A stretch of DNA of 64,000 nt from the human T2T-CHM13v2.0 reference genome, Homo sapiens, in NCBI RefSeq assembly GCF_009914755.1, contig NC_060930.1. One strand, 5' to 3'. The position numbers were made by a program, and so were the translations under genes. This document shows positions 1 through 16,180 of this stretch, one piece after another; position 1 is the stretch's first letter; the number at the start of each line of letters is the position of its first letter. The notes below the pieces were generated by a model that saw only the letters and a program-made list of their open reading frames with translations, made no database searches and had not been told where the DNA came from.

Positions 1-336
1 GGCAGGAGGTCAAATAGCACAAAAGTAGAACATTAAACCACCAAAGTTAAGAACCCTCAGAGTCCATTGCACCCCCCACCACCTCCACCCTCCACCACCT
101 CCACTCAGTCATGGTATCCATGACTGAGAGACCTATAGATGGTTCACCAGAGCCAGGTAGATTCACTGGGTGGCTAGACCCAAAAGAGAGACAACAAGCA
201 CTGCAGTTCAGCTCACAAGAAGCCATATCCATAGGGAAAGAGAGAGAGTACTACATAAAGAGAACACCCTGTGAGACAAAAGAATCTGAATAACAGCCTT
301 CAGACCTAGACCTTCCCTCTGTCAGAGTCTACCCAA

Positions 337-1389
337 ATGAGAAGGAACCAGAAAACCAACCCTGGTAATATGACAAAACAAGGCTCTTCAACACCCCCCA
401 AAATATCACACTAGTTCACCAGCAATGAATCCAAACCAAGAAGAAATTCCTGATTTACCTGAAAAAGAATTCAGGAGGTTAGTTATTAAGCTAATCAGGG
501 AGGGACCAAAGAAATAATTCAGGAGGACAGTTATTAAGCTAATTAGGTAGAGACCTTTCCAATGCAAGGAAATCCAAAAAATTATACAAGAAGTGAAGGG
601 AGAAATAGTCAAGGAAATAGATAGCTTAAAGAAAAACAATCAAAAATTCAAGAAACTTTGGCCACACTTTTAGCAATGCAAAATGCTCTAGAAAGTCTCA
701 GCAATAGAATTTAACAAGTAGAAGAAAAAATGCAGCGCTCAAAGACAAGGTCTTCAAATTAACCCAATTCAACAAAGACAAGGTAAAAATAATAAGAAAA
801 TATGAACAAAGCCTCCAGGAAGTCTGGGATTATGTTAAACAATCCAACCTAAGAATATCAGTATTCCTCAGACAGAAGAGGATTCTAAAGCTTGGAAAAC
901 ATATTTGGAAGAATAACCGAGGAAAACCTCCCCAGTCTTGCTATAGACCTAGACATCCAAATACAAGAAGCACAAAGAACACCCTGGAAATTCATCACAA
1001 GAAGATCTTTGCCTAGGCACGTTGTCATCAGGTTATCCGAAGTTAAAATGAAGGAAAGAATCTTAAAAGCTGTGAGACAGAAGCACCAGGTAACCTATAA
1101 AGGAAAACCTATCAGATTAACAGCAGATTTCTCAACAGAAACCTTACAAGCTAGAAGAGATTGGGGCCCTATCTTTAGCCTCCTCAAACAAAACACTTAT
1201 CAACCAAGAATTTTGTATTCAGCAAAACTAAGCATTATATATGAAGGAAAGATATAGTCTTTTACAGACAAACAAATGCTGAGAGAATTAGCCATTACCA
1301 AGCCACCACTAGAAGAACTGCTAAGAGGAGCTTTAAATCTAGAAATAGATCCTGTAAACACATCAAAACAGAACCTCTTTAAAGCATAA
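337..1389 (+). pseudogene. L1 ORF1p remnant (stops and frameshifts)
   Basis: ATG at 337 (atgagaaggaaccagaaa); ORF1p motifs translated in 892-1257; interrupted frame. Confidence 0.85.
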
Positions 1390-1490
1390 ATCACATAGGA
1401 CATATAAAACAAAAATACAAACAAAAAACAAAAGCCCAAACAAAAAACAAAACAAAACAAAAATAAAGTACACAGGCAACAAAGAGCACC

Positions 1491-4400
1491 ATGAATGGAA
1501 TGGTACCTCACATTTCACTATGAACATTGAATGTAAATGGCCTAAATGCTCCATTTAAAAGATACAGATCCACAGAATGGATAAGACTTCACCAACCAAT
1601 TATCTGCTGCCTTCAGGAGACTTGCCTAGCACATAAGGACTCACATAAACTTAAAATAAAGGGGAGGAAAAAAGCATTTCATGCATATGTACACTAAAAT
1701 GATTAGGGGTACCTATTCTTATGTCAGACAAAACAAACTTTAAAGCAACAGCAGTTAAAAGAGACAAAGAGGGACGTTATAATGATAAAAGGCCTTGTCC
1801 AACAGGAAAATATCAGAGTTCTAAACATATATGCACCTCACAGTGGAGCTCCTAAGTGAAACGATTACTAATAGACCTAAGAAATGAGATAGACGGCAAT
1901 ACAATAATAGTGGGGGACTTTGATACTCCACTGACAGCACTAGACAGGTCATCAAAACAGAAAGTCAACAAAGAACAATGGATTTAAACTATACTTTGGA
2001 AAAAATGGACTTAACAGTTCTATATGGAACATTTCATCCAACAACTGCAGAATATACATTCTATTAAACAGCACATGGAACTTTCTCCAAGCTAGACCAT
2101 ATGATAAGCTATAAAATGAGCCTCAATAAATTTAAGAAAATTGAAATTATATCAAGCACTCTCTCAAACCACAGTGGAATAAAACCAAAATTAAAGGGAA
2201 CCTTGAAAACCATGCAAATACATGGAAATTAAATAACATACTCCTCAATAAGCATTGGGTCAAAAATGAAATCAAGATGGAAATTAAAAAATTCTTCAGA
2301 CTGAATGACAATAATGACACAACCTATTAAAACCTCTGGGATACAGCAAAGGCAGTGCTAAGAGGAAGGTTCATAGCCCTAAACACCTACATCAAAAAGG
2401 CTGAAAGAGCACAAACAGACAATCTAAGGTCACACCTCCAGTAACAAGAGAAACAAGAACAAAGGAAACCCAAACCCAGCAGAAGAAAGGAAATAACCAA
2501 GATCAGATCAGAACTAAATAAAATTGAAACCCAGCAGAAGAAAGAAAATAACCAAGATCAGAACAGAATTAAATGAAATTGAAACAAAAACTATACAAAA
2601 CATAAATGAAACAAAAAGCTGGTTCTTTGAAAAGGAAAATAAAACTGATAGACTATTGGCAAGATTAACCAAGAAAAGAAGAGAGAAAATCCAAATATTC
2701 TCACTAAGAAATGAAACAAGAGATATTCCAACTGACACCACCAAAATACAAAAGGTCATTCGGGGCTTCTATGACCACCTTTATGCACATAAACTAGAAA
2801 ACCTAAAAGAGATGGATAAATTCCTGGAAAAATACAACCCTCCTAGCTTAAATTAGGAAGAATTAGATACCCCGAACAGACCAATAACAAGCAGCGAGAC
2901 TGAAATGGTAAATGTCCAGGACCAGACGGATTCACAGCAGAATTCCACCAGACATTCAAAGAATTAGTACCAATCCTTTTGACACTAACCCACAATATAG
3001 AGAAAGAAGGAACCCTCCCTACTTCATCTGATGAAGCCAGCATCACCCTCATACCAAAACCAGGAAAGGACATAACCAAAAAATAAAACTACAGACTGAT
3101 ATCCTTGATGAACATAGATGCTAAAATCCTTAACAAAATATTTGCTAACTGAATCCAACAACATGACAAAAAGATAATACACCATGATCCAGTGGGTTTC
3201 ATACCAGGGATGCAGGGGATGGTTTAACATACGCAAGTCAATAAATGTGATATAACAAATGAACAATCAAAAATCACATGATTGTCTCAATAGATGCAGA
3301 AAAAGCATCTGACAAAATCCAGCATCACTTTATGATGAAAACTCTCAGCAAATTGGCATACAAGGGACATACCTTAATGTAATAAAGCTGTCTGTGACAA
3401 ACCCACTCTCACCACTCCTCTTCAACATAGCAGTGGAAGTCCTAGCCAGAATAATCAGACAAGAGAAGAAAGAAAAGGAAAGGAGAAAGAAAAGGAGAGG
3501 AAAGGAATCCAAATCGGTAAAGAGGAAGTCAAACTGTCTCTGTTTGTTGATGATATGATTGTTTACTTTAAAAACCCTAAAGACTCCTCCAGAAAGCTCC
3601 TAGAACTGATAAAAAGAGTTCGGCAAAATTTTCGGATACAAGATTAATGTACACAGATCAGTAGGTCTTCTATACACCAACAGCAACCAAGCGGAGAATT
3701 GAATCAAGAACTCAACCCCGTTTACAATAGCTGAAGAAAAAAAAACCCAAAAAACTTAAGAATATACCTAACCAAGGAGGCAAAAGACCTCTACAAGGAA
3801 GACTAAAAACCCTCGTGAAATAACTCGTAGATGACACAAACAAATAGAAACACATCTCATGCTCATGGATGGATAGAATCAATATTGTGAAAATGACCAT
3901 ACTGCCAAAGCAATCTACAAATTCAATGCAATCACCATCAAAATACCACCATCATTCTTCACAGAACTAGAAAAAACAGTTCTAAAATTCATATGGAACC
4001 AAAAAAGAGCCTGCATTGTCAAAGAAAGACTAAGTAAAAAGAACAAATCTGGAGGCATCACACTACCTGATTTCAAACTATACTATGAGGCCAAAGTCAC
4101 CAAAACAGGCAGGTACTAGTACAAAAATAGGTACATAGACCAATCGAACAGAATAGAGAACCCAGAAATTAACCCAAATAATTACAGCCAACTGATCTTC
4201 GACAAAGCAAACGAAAACATAAAGTGGGGAAAGGACACCCTTTTCAACAAATGGTGCTGGGACAATCGGCTAGCCACATGTAGGAGAATGAAACTGCATC
4301 CTCATGTCTCACCTTATACAAAAATAAACTCAAGATGGATTACAAATTTAAACTAATACCTGAAGCTATTAAAAATTCTAGAAGATAACTTTGGAAATAC

Positions 4401-5230
4401 CTTTCTAGACATTAGCTTAGGCAAGGATTTCATGACCAAGAACCCAAAAGCAAATGCAATAAAAACAAAGATAAATAGCTGGGACCTAATTAAACTAAAG
4501 AGCTTTTGCACGGCAAAAGGAACAGTCAGCAGAGTAAACAGACAACCACAGAGTGAGAGAAAATCTTCAAAATCTATATATCTGACAAAGGACTAATATC
4601 CAGAATCTACAACAAACTCAGACAAATCAGTAAGAAAAAAATCGAACGATCCTATCAAAAAGTGGGCTAAGGACATGAATAGACAGTTCTCAAAAGAAGA
4701 TATACAAATGGCCAACAAACATATGAAAAAGGGCTCAATATCACTAATGCTCAGGGCAATGCAAATCAGAACCACAGTGTGATACCACCTCACTCTGTAA
4801 GAATAGCCATGATCAAAAAATAAACAGTAGATGCTGAGGTGGATGTGGTGAACAGGGAACACTTCTACACTGCTGTGAGAATGTAAACTAGTACAGCCAC
4901 TATGGAAAACAGTGGGGAGATTCCTTAAAGAACTAAAAGTAGAATTACCATTTGATCCAGCAATCCCACTACTGGGTATCTACCCAGAGGAAAAGAAGTC
5001 ATTATTTGTAAAAGATACTTGCACAAGCATGTTTATAGCAGCACAATTCACAATTACAAAATTGTGGAACCAACCTAAATGCTCATCAATCAACAAGTGG
5101 ATAAAGAAACTGTGACATATATATATCTCACATCATATACTACTCAGCCACAAAAAGGAATGAATTAACAGCATTTGCAGTGACCTGGATGAGATTGGAG
5201 ACTATTATTCTAAGTGAAGTAACTTAGGAA
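1491..5230 (+). pseudogene. L1 ORF2p (endonuclease/reverse transcriptase) remnant, disrupted
   Basis: EN start 'acattgaatgtaaatggcctaaatgctcca', RT 'LFxDDM' region near 3540, C-terminal 'PFDPAIPLLGIYP'; many stops and deletions. Confidence 0.9.
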
Positions 5231-6068
5231 TAGAAAACCAAACATCTTGTGTTCTCACTTACATGTGGGAGCTAAGCTATGAGGATGCAAAGGCATAAGA
5301 ATGATGCAGTGGACATTGGGGATTTAGGGGGAAGAGTGTGATGGTGGTGAGGGATAGAAGACTACAAATATGGTGCAGTGTATACTGCTAGGGTGATGGG
5401 TGCACAAAAATCTTACAAATCACTACTAAAGAACTTACCCATGCCATCAAAGAACACCTGTACCCCAATAACTTATGGAAAAATAAATAAATATTAAATA
5501 AAATTGAAATTATTTTAATATGATATATGAATTAGTATAATTGAAATATAAAATAGATACGTTTATTCAGTGCAATTGTTGTCATAGGAACAACCAAGAA
5601 GACTTACATAATTAATGCATACTTTGCCTGTGAATGAATAATTTGTACAGAATTTATTTCAATATGTATTTCATTAATATATCAGAAAAAATCAATGGAA
5701 AACTAAGAGCAGGCTATTTAGTTTTTTCTTGAGGATTTGACCTTGTACTTATTAAATGAAAAAATCAAATTCTTCTATACCAACAAGAACTACAAATGTC
5801 TTCCAGTATTGATCTTCAGCAATTATAATTTTTAAACAGTAAACGGATACATATCAAATATTTATACAGATGCCAGAAGGAGAAAAGGCAGGAGTTTTTT
5901 TTTTTTCTCCACACACTCTACAAAAACTTAGCAGTTTACATCTTAAGCCAATAGCCCTGTATTTTCTATACATAAAGATTTATTTAGAAACTTGAATAAG
6001 AATGCCACCATTATATTCATACCTAATCAGTGTTGATCATAAATAAATTATTTTTGTAATCTAATTTA

Positions 6069-7014
6069 TAGGCATGTGTTGGAGATATTGTGGGTCCAAT
6101 ACCAAAATAAAGCAAATATTGCAATAAAATGAGTGACAACAAATTTTTTGTTTTCTCATGCATATAAAAGTTATCTTTATACTATAGTCTATTGAGTGTG
6201 CAAAAGGATTCTGTCTTAAAAACAATCTATATACCTTAATTAAATATATTTTATTGCAAAAAATCCTAACGATCATCTGAGCCTTCAGGAAGTCCTAATT
6301 TTTTGCTGATAAAGGGTCTTTGATGTTGATGGCTGCTGACTAATCAGGGTGGTGGCTGCTGAAGATTAGGATGGCTGTGGCAAATTCTTAAAATAAGACA
6401 ACAATGAAGTTTACTTCAGTGACTGACTCTGCCTTTCATGAAAGATTTCTCTGCAGTATGAGTGTGAGAAGCTATTTGATAGCATTTCAGCCACAGTAGA
6501 ATTTCTTTCAAAGTTGGAGTCAATTTTCTCAAATCCTGCTACGGCTTTATTAGCTAAGTTAATGCAATGTTCTAAATCCTTTGTTGTCTTTTCAACAATG
6601 TTCATGGCATCTTCACCAGTAGTAGATTCCATCTCAAAAAACCACTTTGCTTATCCATAAGAAGGTACTTGTCATCCATTCAACTTTTACCACGAGATTG
6701 AAGCAATTCAGCTAAATTCTCAGGGTCTACTTCTAAATCTATTTCTCTTGCTATTTCTGCCACATCTGCAGTTACTTTGTCAACTGAAGTCTTAAACCCC
6801 TCAAAGTCATCCATGAGGGTGGGAATAAACTTCTAAACTCCTGTTAATATCGATATGTTGACCATCTACCATCAATCCCAAATGTTTTCAATGACATCTA
6901 GAATGGTGAATCATTTCTAATTTACTTTGCCCAAATCCATGAGAGGAACCACTATCTATGGCAGCTATACCCTGATGAAATGCATTTCTTAAAGAATAAG
7001 ACTTGCAAGTCAAA
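6069..7014 (-). mobile_element. Tigger1 (pogo/Tc1-mariner DNA transposon), 3' portion
   Basis: TIR-like 'taggcatgtgttggagatattg' after TA at 6067-6068; ORF 6411-6632 '[35 protein letters not shown]' matches Tigger1/TIGD1 transposase C-terminus. Confidence 0.92.
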
Positions 7015-8877
<1,863 letters not shown>

Positions 8878-8892
8878 GGCTTGCAAGTCAAA

Positions 8893-10322
8893 ATGACTCC
8901 TTAAATCCATGGACTGCAGAATGAATGTTATACTAGCAGGCATGAAAACAGCATTAACTTCCTTGTACAGCTCTATCAGAACTCTTGGGTGACTAAAGGC
9001 ATTTCGGTGAGTAGTAATATTTTGAAAGAAGTATTTTTTTTTTCTGAGTAGTAGGTTTAAATAGTGGGCTTAAAATATGAAGTAAACCGTGCTGTAAACA
9101 GATGTGCTTTTATCTAGGCATTCTTGTTTCATTTATGGAACACAGGCAGAGTAGATTTAGCATAATTCTTCAGGACCCTTGAATTTTATAGTAGGAATGG
9201 TAAATGAACATTGGCTTCAACTTAGTCACCAGTTGCATTAGCCCTAATGAGAGAGTCATCCTGTCCTTTGAAGCTTTGAATCAAGGCATGGTCTTTTCCT
9301 TTCTAGCTATGAAAGTGCTAGATAGCATCTCCTTCCAATAGAAGGCTATTTTGTCTACACTGAAAGCCGGTTGTTTAATGTACCCAGTTTCATCAATTAT
9401 CTTAACTAGATCTATGGATAATTTGATGCAGTGTCTAGATCAGCACTTGCTGCTTCACCTTGCACTTCTATGTTATGGAGATGGCTTCTTTCTTTAAAGC
9501 TCCTGAACCAACCTCCGCTGTCTTTCAACTTTTCTCCTGAAGCTTCTTCACCTCTCTCAGTCTTTATAACACTGAAGAGTTAGGGCCTTGCTCTAGATTA
9601 AACTTTGGCTTAAGGAAATGCTGTGGCTGTTTTGATCCTGTATCCAGACCGCTCCAATGTTCTCTGTATCTCTGTTTGGCTTTGTTATCATTCGTCAACA
9701 GAGTAGCACTTTTTAAATTTCTTTCAATAACTTTTCCTTTGCATTCACAACTTGGCTGTGTGGTGCAAGAGGCCTAGTTTCCAGCATATTTCATCTTTCC
9801 ACTTGCTTCCTTACTAAGCTTAATCATTTCTAGCTTTTGATTTAAAGTGAGAAACATGAGACTCTTCCTTTCACTTAAAAACTTGGAGGCTATTTTAGGA
9901 TTATTGATTAGCCTAATGTCAATATTATTGTGGCTTAGGGTATATATGTGGCCTAAAGAGAGGGAGAGAAATGGGGAACAGCCAGTCAGTGGAGCAGTGA
10001 GAACACACACAATATTTATCAATGAAGTTCAATGTCTTATATGGGACAGTCCCTGGCACCCAAAGCAATTACAATGGTAACATCAAGGATCACTGATCAC
10101 AGATCACCATAACATATAATAATGATGGTAATACTAATATTTGAAATATTGCAGTAATCATGGAAATGTGGCACAAAGACAAGACATGAACACATGCTGT
10201 TTTAAAAAATGGTGCTGATAAACTTGCCTGATGTAGGGTTGCCACAAATCTTCTATTAGTAAAAATCACTATATATATATGAATGCAATAAAGTGAAGTA
10301 TAAAAAAAATGAGGTGTGGCTG
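8893..10322 (-). mobile_element. Tigger1, 5' portion
   Basis: ORF 9774-10022 (-) 'SERKSLMFLTLNQKLEMIKLSKE' is the Tigger1 transposase N-terminus; terminal 'gaggtgtggctg' followed by TA at 10323-10324. Confidence 0.92.
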
Positions 10323-11900
10323 TATTCACATCAAATTACAGAAGCTACCTATGTCCTGAAGTGGAAATGAGCCATTGAGTGAAGGTTAAAAATGCCTGAG
10401 TCTTACTAATGCAAGAAAAATTTAAGTGGAAGAGAGCAAAGTATGAATATATGTACACACATGCTCCTAGTCTTAGTTTTAAGTATCCACATATAAAGTT
10501 GATGTGTTTCTAGAAGGAATTTTGTATTCTTTTGAAAACTCTTTAATATTTTTGTTCATTTGTTCCTCTTAGTATTTTATTGTTTAAAATGTTTAATGAG
10601 AGGTATATTTATCTATTTGCCTTATCCATTTTAAGTTATTAGAATGCTATTCTTCATATAGATAATGTATATGGAAATATTTGAAGGAAATGGAGCCATT
10701 TTAAAGACCAAATTGTTAATAGAATGCTGCTTTTAGATCTCTTGTTCAGAAAAAGAAAAAAAATACTCATTTTTTTTCTGCCTTCCTTTTTGTCTTTCCT
10801 TGCTTTTCGTCTTACTTGCTTTGAATAAATACATTAGGATTTTGATATATGTTAGAAGCATATGAGGCCCTCTTCATCTTCAGTTAATGCTACCAATAGT
10901 CACAAGCAAAAATGGTGGGTTTAATTCCATACATATATTTGAATTCTTTCAATTCTTGGGAAATTCCTTCAGCAAAATACACTGTTTTTCTGCTCTCTCT
11001 GGGCTTTAGGTGAGCCTGGTCACAAAAACAGTTCTGAAAAATACCTTGAACCTTCTTGAAATGAGTGTCTGGGAAGCATCTTCTCTCTTTTCTACCTTTT
11101 CATTGTTAGAAATTAGTAGTAATTAGCATCAGTTAGGCGAGGAGCTCAACCTTCAGCAGTCAGTTGCACAGATATCAACATTATGACAGCATTTTAAAAC
11201 ATTCTATTTTCATCTTCTTCTTTCCTTCATTGGTCTGTTTCCTCTGATTTCCTGATTATATTGGGGACTTTTGCCTGGAAACCAAGTTTTTGACCCTAAG
11301 AAATATATAATATTAAAAACCTTTTATGCTTTTTCATGAAAGAATGGAATGTGTTGTCAGGAAAATTAATTATTGTGTATATCTCTAGGGAGCTTAGTAA
11401 TGCCTTTTATCAGTTCAAATAATTATAAAATTCAGAAATAACCTGTGATGTTATCTTTCTGCCTCTTGAGAGTTCAGTATAAATGTGCTCCCTCTGGCTG
11501 CTCCTACAATAGCAGCAAAAGTGGTTGTTTTGATGTTATTGTGTCTCCTACCAAATTATCATAATTCTTCTTGTTTGAGTAGCATATATTTTATCTTAAC
11601 AAACCTCAACATAGTATTTCAGTGAAATATTTTCCATGTATAGAGAGTCAACACTAAGTCTGTTGGTAAGCAGCTTCTGAATACAGTTATACTTTCTCTA
11701 ATGGTAAAATATCCAGGGATAATAGGTAAGAGAGTTGGAAGATGTTCAAGGCAATGAAAATACCTTCACAGATGGTACTGCAGAATGGAAATATGAAAAA
11801 GGAAGGTGTTTGGCTTCAAAGACCTAGAGTCTCTTGTTTTTCTTTTTTTCCTGCCTGTCTAAGCTCAGAATGAAGGTATGTGACTGTCCTCTGTGTTGAA

Positions 11901-12744
11901 TTTTTTATTTTTATTTTACCTGAAGTTCTGGGATAAATGTGCAGAACGTGCAGGTTTGTTACACAGGTATACATGTTCCATGGTTGTTTGATGCACCTAT
12001 CAACCTGTCATCTAGGGTTTAAGCCCTGCATGCATTAGGTATTTGTTGTAGCGCTCTCCCTCCCCTGGCACCCCACCTCTGCACAGGCCCTGGTGTGTGA
12101 TGTTCCCCTCTGTGTCCATGTGTTATCATTAATCAGCTCCCACTTATGAGTGAGAATATGTGGTGTTTGGTTTTCTGTTCCTGTGTTAGTTTGCTGAGGA
12201 TGATGGCTTCCAGTTTTGTCCGTTTCCCTGCAAAGGACATGATGTCATTCTTTTTTATGTCTGCACAGTATTTCATAGTGTATTTGTGCCACATTTTCTT
12301 TATCCAGTCTATCATTGATGGGCATTTGGGTGGGTTCCTTGTCTTTGCTATTGTAAATAGTGCTGTAGTAAATATACATGTGCAGGTGTCTTTATAATAG
12401 AATGACTTATGTTTTTTGGGTATATACCCAGTAATGGGATTGCTGGGTCAAGTGGTATTTCTGGTTCTAGATCTTTGAGGAATCACCACACTGTCTTCCA
12501 CAATGGTTGAACTAATTTACATTCCCACCAACAGTGTAAAAGTGTTCCTATTTCTCCACAGCCTCACCAGCAGATATGCAAAGCATATGAACAGACAGTT
12601 CTCAAAAGAAGACATTTATGCGGCCAACAAATATATGAAAAAAGTCATCACTGATCATTAGAGGAATGCACATCAAAACCAAAATGAGTTACTATCTCAT
12701 GCCAGTCAGAACGATGATTATTAAAAAGTCAAGAAACAGTAGAT
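11901..12744 (-). mobile_element. 5'-truncated, 5'-inverted L1PA (mid-age) insertion
   Basis: T-rich tail and 3'UTR on minus strand 11901-12571; plus-strand inverted piece ~12572-12744; TSD tcct(g)ctgtgttgaa at 11887-11900 and 12744-12758. Confidence 0.9.
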
Positions 12745-13989
12745 CCTGCTGTGTTGAAATTTCTAAGAGAGAATTGATATTTTATCTCTTACAAAATTCA
12801 GAACTAATTTAGGAGTAGATGTATAATTCAGGCACACCTTTATTAGTAATACAAAGATTGAAGAGTATTACTTTATATGTGTGAACAATATAGCTTACCG
12901 ATCATTCACCTCAGAAGAAAAGATTTACCTACCCAGTTACTGACTATCCTGGACAATTCCAGCCCTCCTGCCCCATTCTTCATGGAGCAGAACCCACTCC
13001 CCTAAACTTATACCTTATAGCTGAATAGAATATGCCTTCACTGAAAGCAGACAGGTTAAAATGATGAAAATAATAAATAATAACTATGACAGTGATGGTG
13101 ATGATGTTGAGGAGAAGGGTGCACTAGAAGAGGAGGAAGAGAGAGAGATTAAAAGAAAGGAAGGGACTGAGCACCTTTTTCTCAAACCCTCCATTTACAA
13201 ACATATCCATATAGATGTCACTTTCTCTCACTTGGAAAGGAGTTGGAAGGAGAGTGGAAAGATTCCAAGAAAGTTAATCTAGTGGAAGTCTTTCATCTGT
13301 AAATGTGAGGTCAGGGAGAAAGGAAATGGCCATCCAGCCTTCTGGATTAGTCTATTTATAATTATATCACATAACCAATAGATAGTAAACTGAATTATTA
13401 CAGCTCATGAAAATTTCCCTAGGTATTCTCAGGGGATTTCATATTGAAATAGAATGTATAGTTCTATACCAGTATATTAAGATCATAACAAATTACAAAA
13501 TCTGAATTTAAAATTTCATAATCATACCGTAAAAAAAGACAGAAAATTTTTCTCAAATTTATCAAGTGATAAAATGGAGCTATCCTCTAGGGTCAAATAA
13601 AATCACATAAGAAGATAGTGCCTTGTACAGTTGCTCATTACTTTCCAAAATTTAATCTTCAGCTTTGCAGATGCACAAAGTAATTAAAATTTTGATATCC
13701 CCAAAGTAGTTACCCTCTTAGGAACTGCATCTTTGTGGCCAAATTTACAAGAGACTGGTATGTAAACAATCCCAGATCTAAGAGAAATCGTATATCTACA
13801 AAGCATTTTGGAATATTAGTAGTCACCGATTATTGGTGGGATGCTTTTTTTTTCAATTTCCTCATTTAAAGAAATGATCCCATTTCATGAATTCTTTGTA
13901 AGAAGATTATGTATTTAAACATTTACTTTGTTACCTAGTTTATAGCAATTAACTCATTATATGTTAATTACTATTTAGAGCTACTTAAC

Positions 13990-14190
13990 ATTTATTAACC
14001 AATTAATATATGACAAACAGAGCTTTAGATATATTTATTCATTCAATCCCCACAACAGTCCTGAGACACTAATGGTATTACTGGTCTCGATTATGTATGC
14101 AGGAATTAAATCACAAGTTTAATATCCCAGAGTCACACATTTGGTATATCGTATCTAGATTCAACTACACTCAGGCATCTGATTTCACCA
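13990..14190 (-). mobile_element. MIR remnant
   Basis: 'attcaatccccacaacagtcctgag..cccagagtcacaca..' resembles reverse-complement MIR core. Confidence 0.55.
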
Positions 14191-14809
14191 GTCAATGTAA
14201 ATAGCAAAATTAGAATTATATGCCGAATATATGATTCAAAAAAGGGGAGTGAAATAATCTTTAAGACTCTGGATTATTATTTTTTAAGCCCTTAACACAT
14301 TTTATACCAATTTACTGCATCTAACATAAATCTATCAAGATTGGATACTTCTATTCACTGGTATGGCATCCTCTCCCCATGCCACCAGAGTCAAGATACA
14401 ATAACTAATTATTAACTGATTTCTTAGTTTCTTTAAAAAATATGTTTTTTTTTTACTAATCTAGTGTCTATTCAGGTAATATGCAAAACAATTGATTACA
14501 TTTAGCTTACTTATTTAAAAGCACATTATAATTTTCCAGTAGATATATTTAATCAATGTATTGGGAGTTTGAGAAGAAGGAACAACTACTCAGTATAACA
14601 TATATCTCTCTCTCTATATATAGATATATATTTCTGAATATGAATTTTATTCGGTAAGTTAGAATTTAACTTAAATCTGAGCTGAAATAATAATATTTTA
14701 AAATTTTTTTGAGAGTTGCAACTTTTATTTTTATGTATAATTGCTTTATGTCAGCTAAAATTTAATAAAGACTAGATACTTAATATAAATAATCATAAGA
14801 TAATAAAGA

Positions 14810-14980
14810 ATTATATGACTCATAATTCAGATCATCTCTCCTAAAATTTTAGCTCTACCACTTGACTAATTAGTTTGATTAAAGTACTTAAAATCGCCAG
14901 GTCTGCTTTTCCTACTCTGTAAAACAGCAACTTATTAGTATTATATTAAGAGGGTTATTTCAGGTAATGTATATGTAGAT
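14810..14980 (+). mobile_element. MIR remnant
   Basis: 'agctctaccacttgact..ttttcctactctgtaaaacag..agggttatt' resembles MIR core. Confidence 0.5.
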
Positions 14981-15729
14981 TCTTTATTAGTAAATGTTTG
15001 TGTAGATATAATATATATAATAATTATACAAATGATTAAATGGAGAATTTTCCTTGTCTTATAATTCTTAAAATCATAATTTATATATAATTTTCAAAAT
15101 TTAAGTAGATAATATCCTTTCATTAAAGAAATCCAAAGCATTTATTAAATCTCAAACTATGTATAATAAGGAACATATTCAAGGTAGTTAGACATTTTAC
15201 ACTTTTTATAAGCCAATATTTTTATTTAATTAATCCTAGTTTTAGTCAATAACTGTTTAATGGAGAACAGCCAGTTTAATGAACTACATAAAATTCCTAC
15301 TTTAAAAACCAGTTTTAATATCTACTCTCTAGAGCTTAGAGTAAGGAAAGGAGAGAAAAATAAATTTATTGATGATAATGATGAGGAGACAAACAACATA
15401 TGGGTTCTGCTTTGTTCTCTCCTAAATGGAAAAAATAAACATGATTGTTAAAATAAACAAACAAAAAACAAAGACCCTTTTGGGAGAACAGAATTTTATC
15501 CCCAATATTTTCTCAATAGCTTTTATAGAAAATAAAGGTACCTGTAATCCTACCTGCATTGCAAATACAACATAATGGTTTGTAGTATTTTAATAATTTT
15601 CAGTTATTTATTTTTATTATATATTGCATTATTTTATTTTTTATTAAATTCTATTATGTATTCAGATTTTTAATATGAAAGCTTTATTTTTTCCTATATT
15701 TTGGTTATATGTCATTTCTACTGTATCAT

Positions 15730-16180
15730 TCCTAGTTCAGTGTAAAAGGCAGAAATCTTTTAAGCTGAAAAGATTAAATACAGGGAATGTTATACTTAGA
15801 AAAATTACTGGGAAGAGTGGCTATGTGGGAGTCAAGTAACTGCAGGCAGCCATAGAAACTAGTGGGGCTAAAACATTCGTCAGCTCCTAACTCCGCTGTT
15901 GCTTACATAGCTACACATGAATCTGGTGAGTAGACTTTGGAAAGCTGCAATATCCTCTTGCTATGTGGATCTCCATGTTTTCACCTACCTGTAGAAAAAT
16001 TGGAGCAGGCAAGAGAAAGAACTTCCCTTTAAAATCTTACATGAATATTCAGTTGCATTATGAAATTCACTTCCAGAACTGTGGCAGCAGAGCCTGGAAA
16101 ATAGGGCTTTAAGCTTCTAGACTTTACAATACAGTAGAGGAAGGTGATAGGGCAAGTAATCCACAGAAGATGCCACACAT
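15730..16180. mobile_element. Old MaLR-type (MLT1-like) LTR remnant
   Basis: 'gattaaatacagggaat..ttactgggaag' and overall composition resemble old MLT1 LTRs; highly diverged. Confidence 0.35.

Larger units (their letters stand above)
1..5500 (+). mobile_element. Near full-length, decayed LINE-1 (L1PB-like, probably L1PB1), running off the left edge of the window
   Basis: End of 5'UTR, ORF1 remnant (892-1257 'IQEAQRTP..QVTYKGKPIRLTADFS'), ORF2 remnants (2524-2856, 4912-5115 'ELPFDPAIPLLGIYP'), L1PB-type 3' end 'cacctgtaccccaataacttatggaaaaataaa' and A-rich tail near 5480-5500. Confidence 0.95.

Noticed and set aside
13061-13282. Acidic 73-aa ORF (DDDVEEKGALEEEEE)
   Set aside because: Purine-rich low-complexity sequence; no convincing splice context or recognisable homology.
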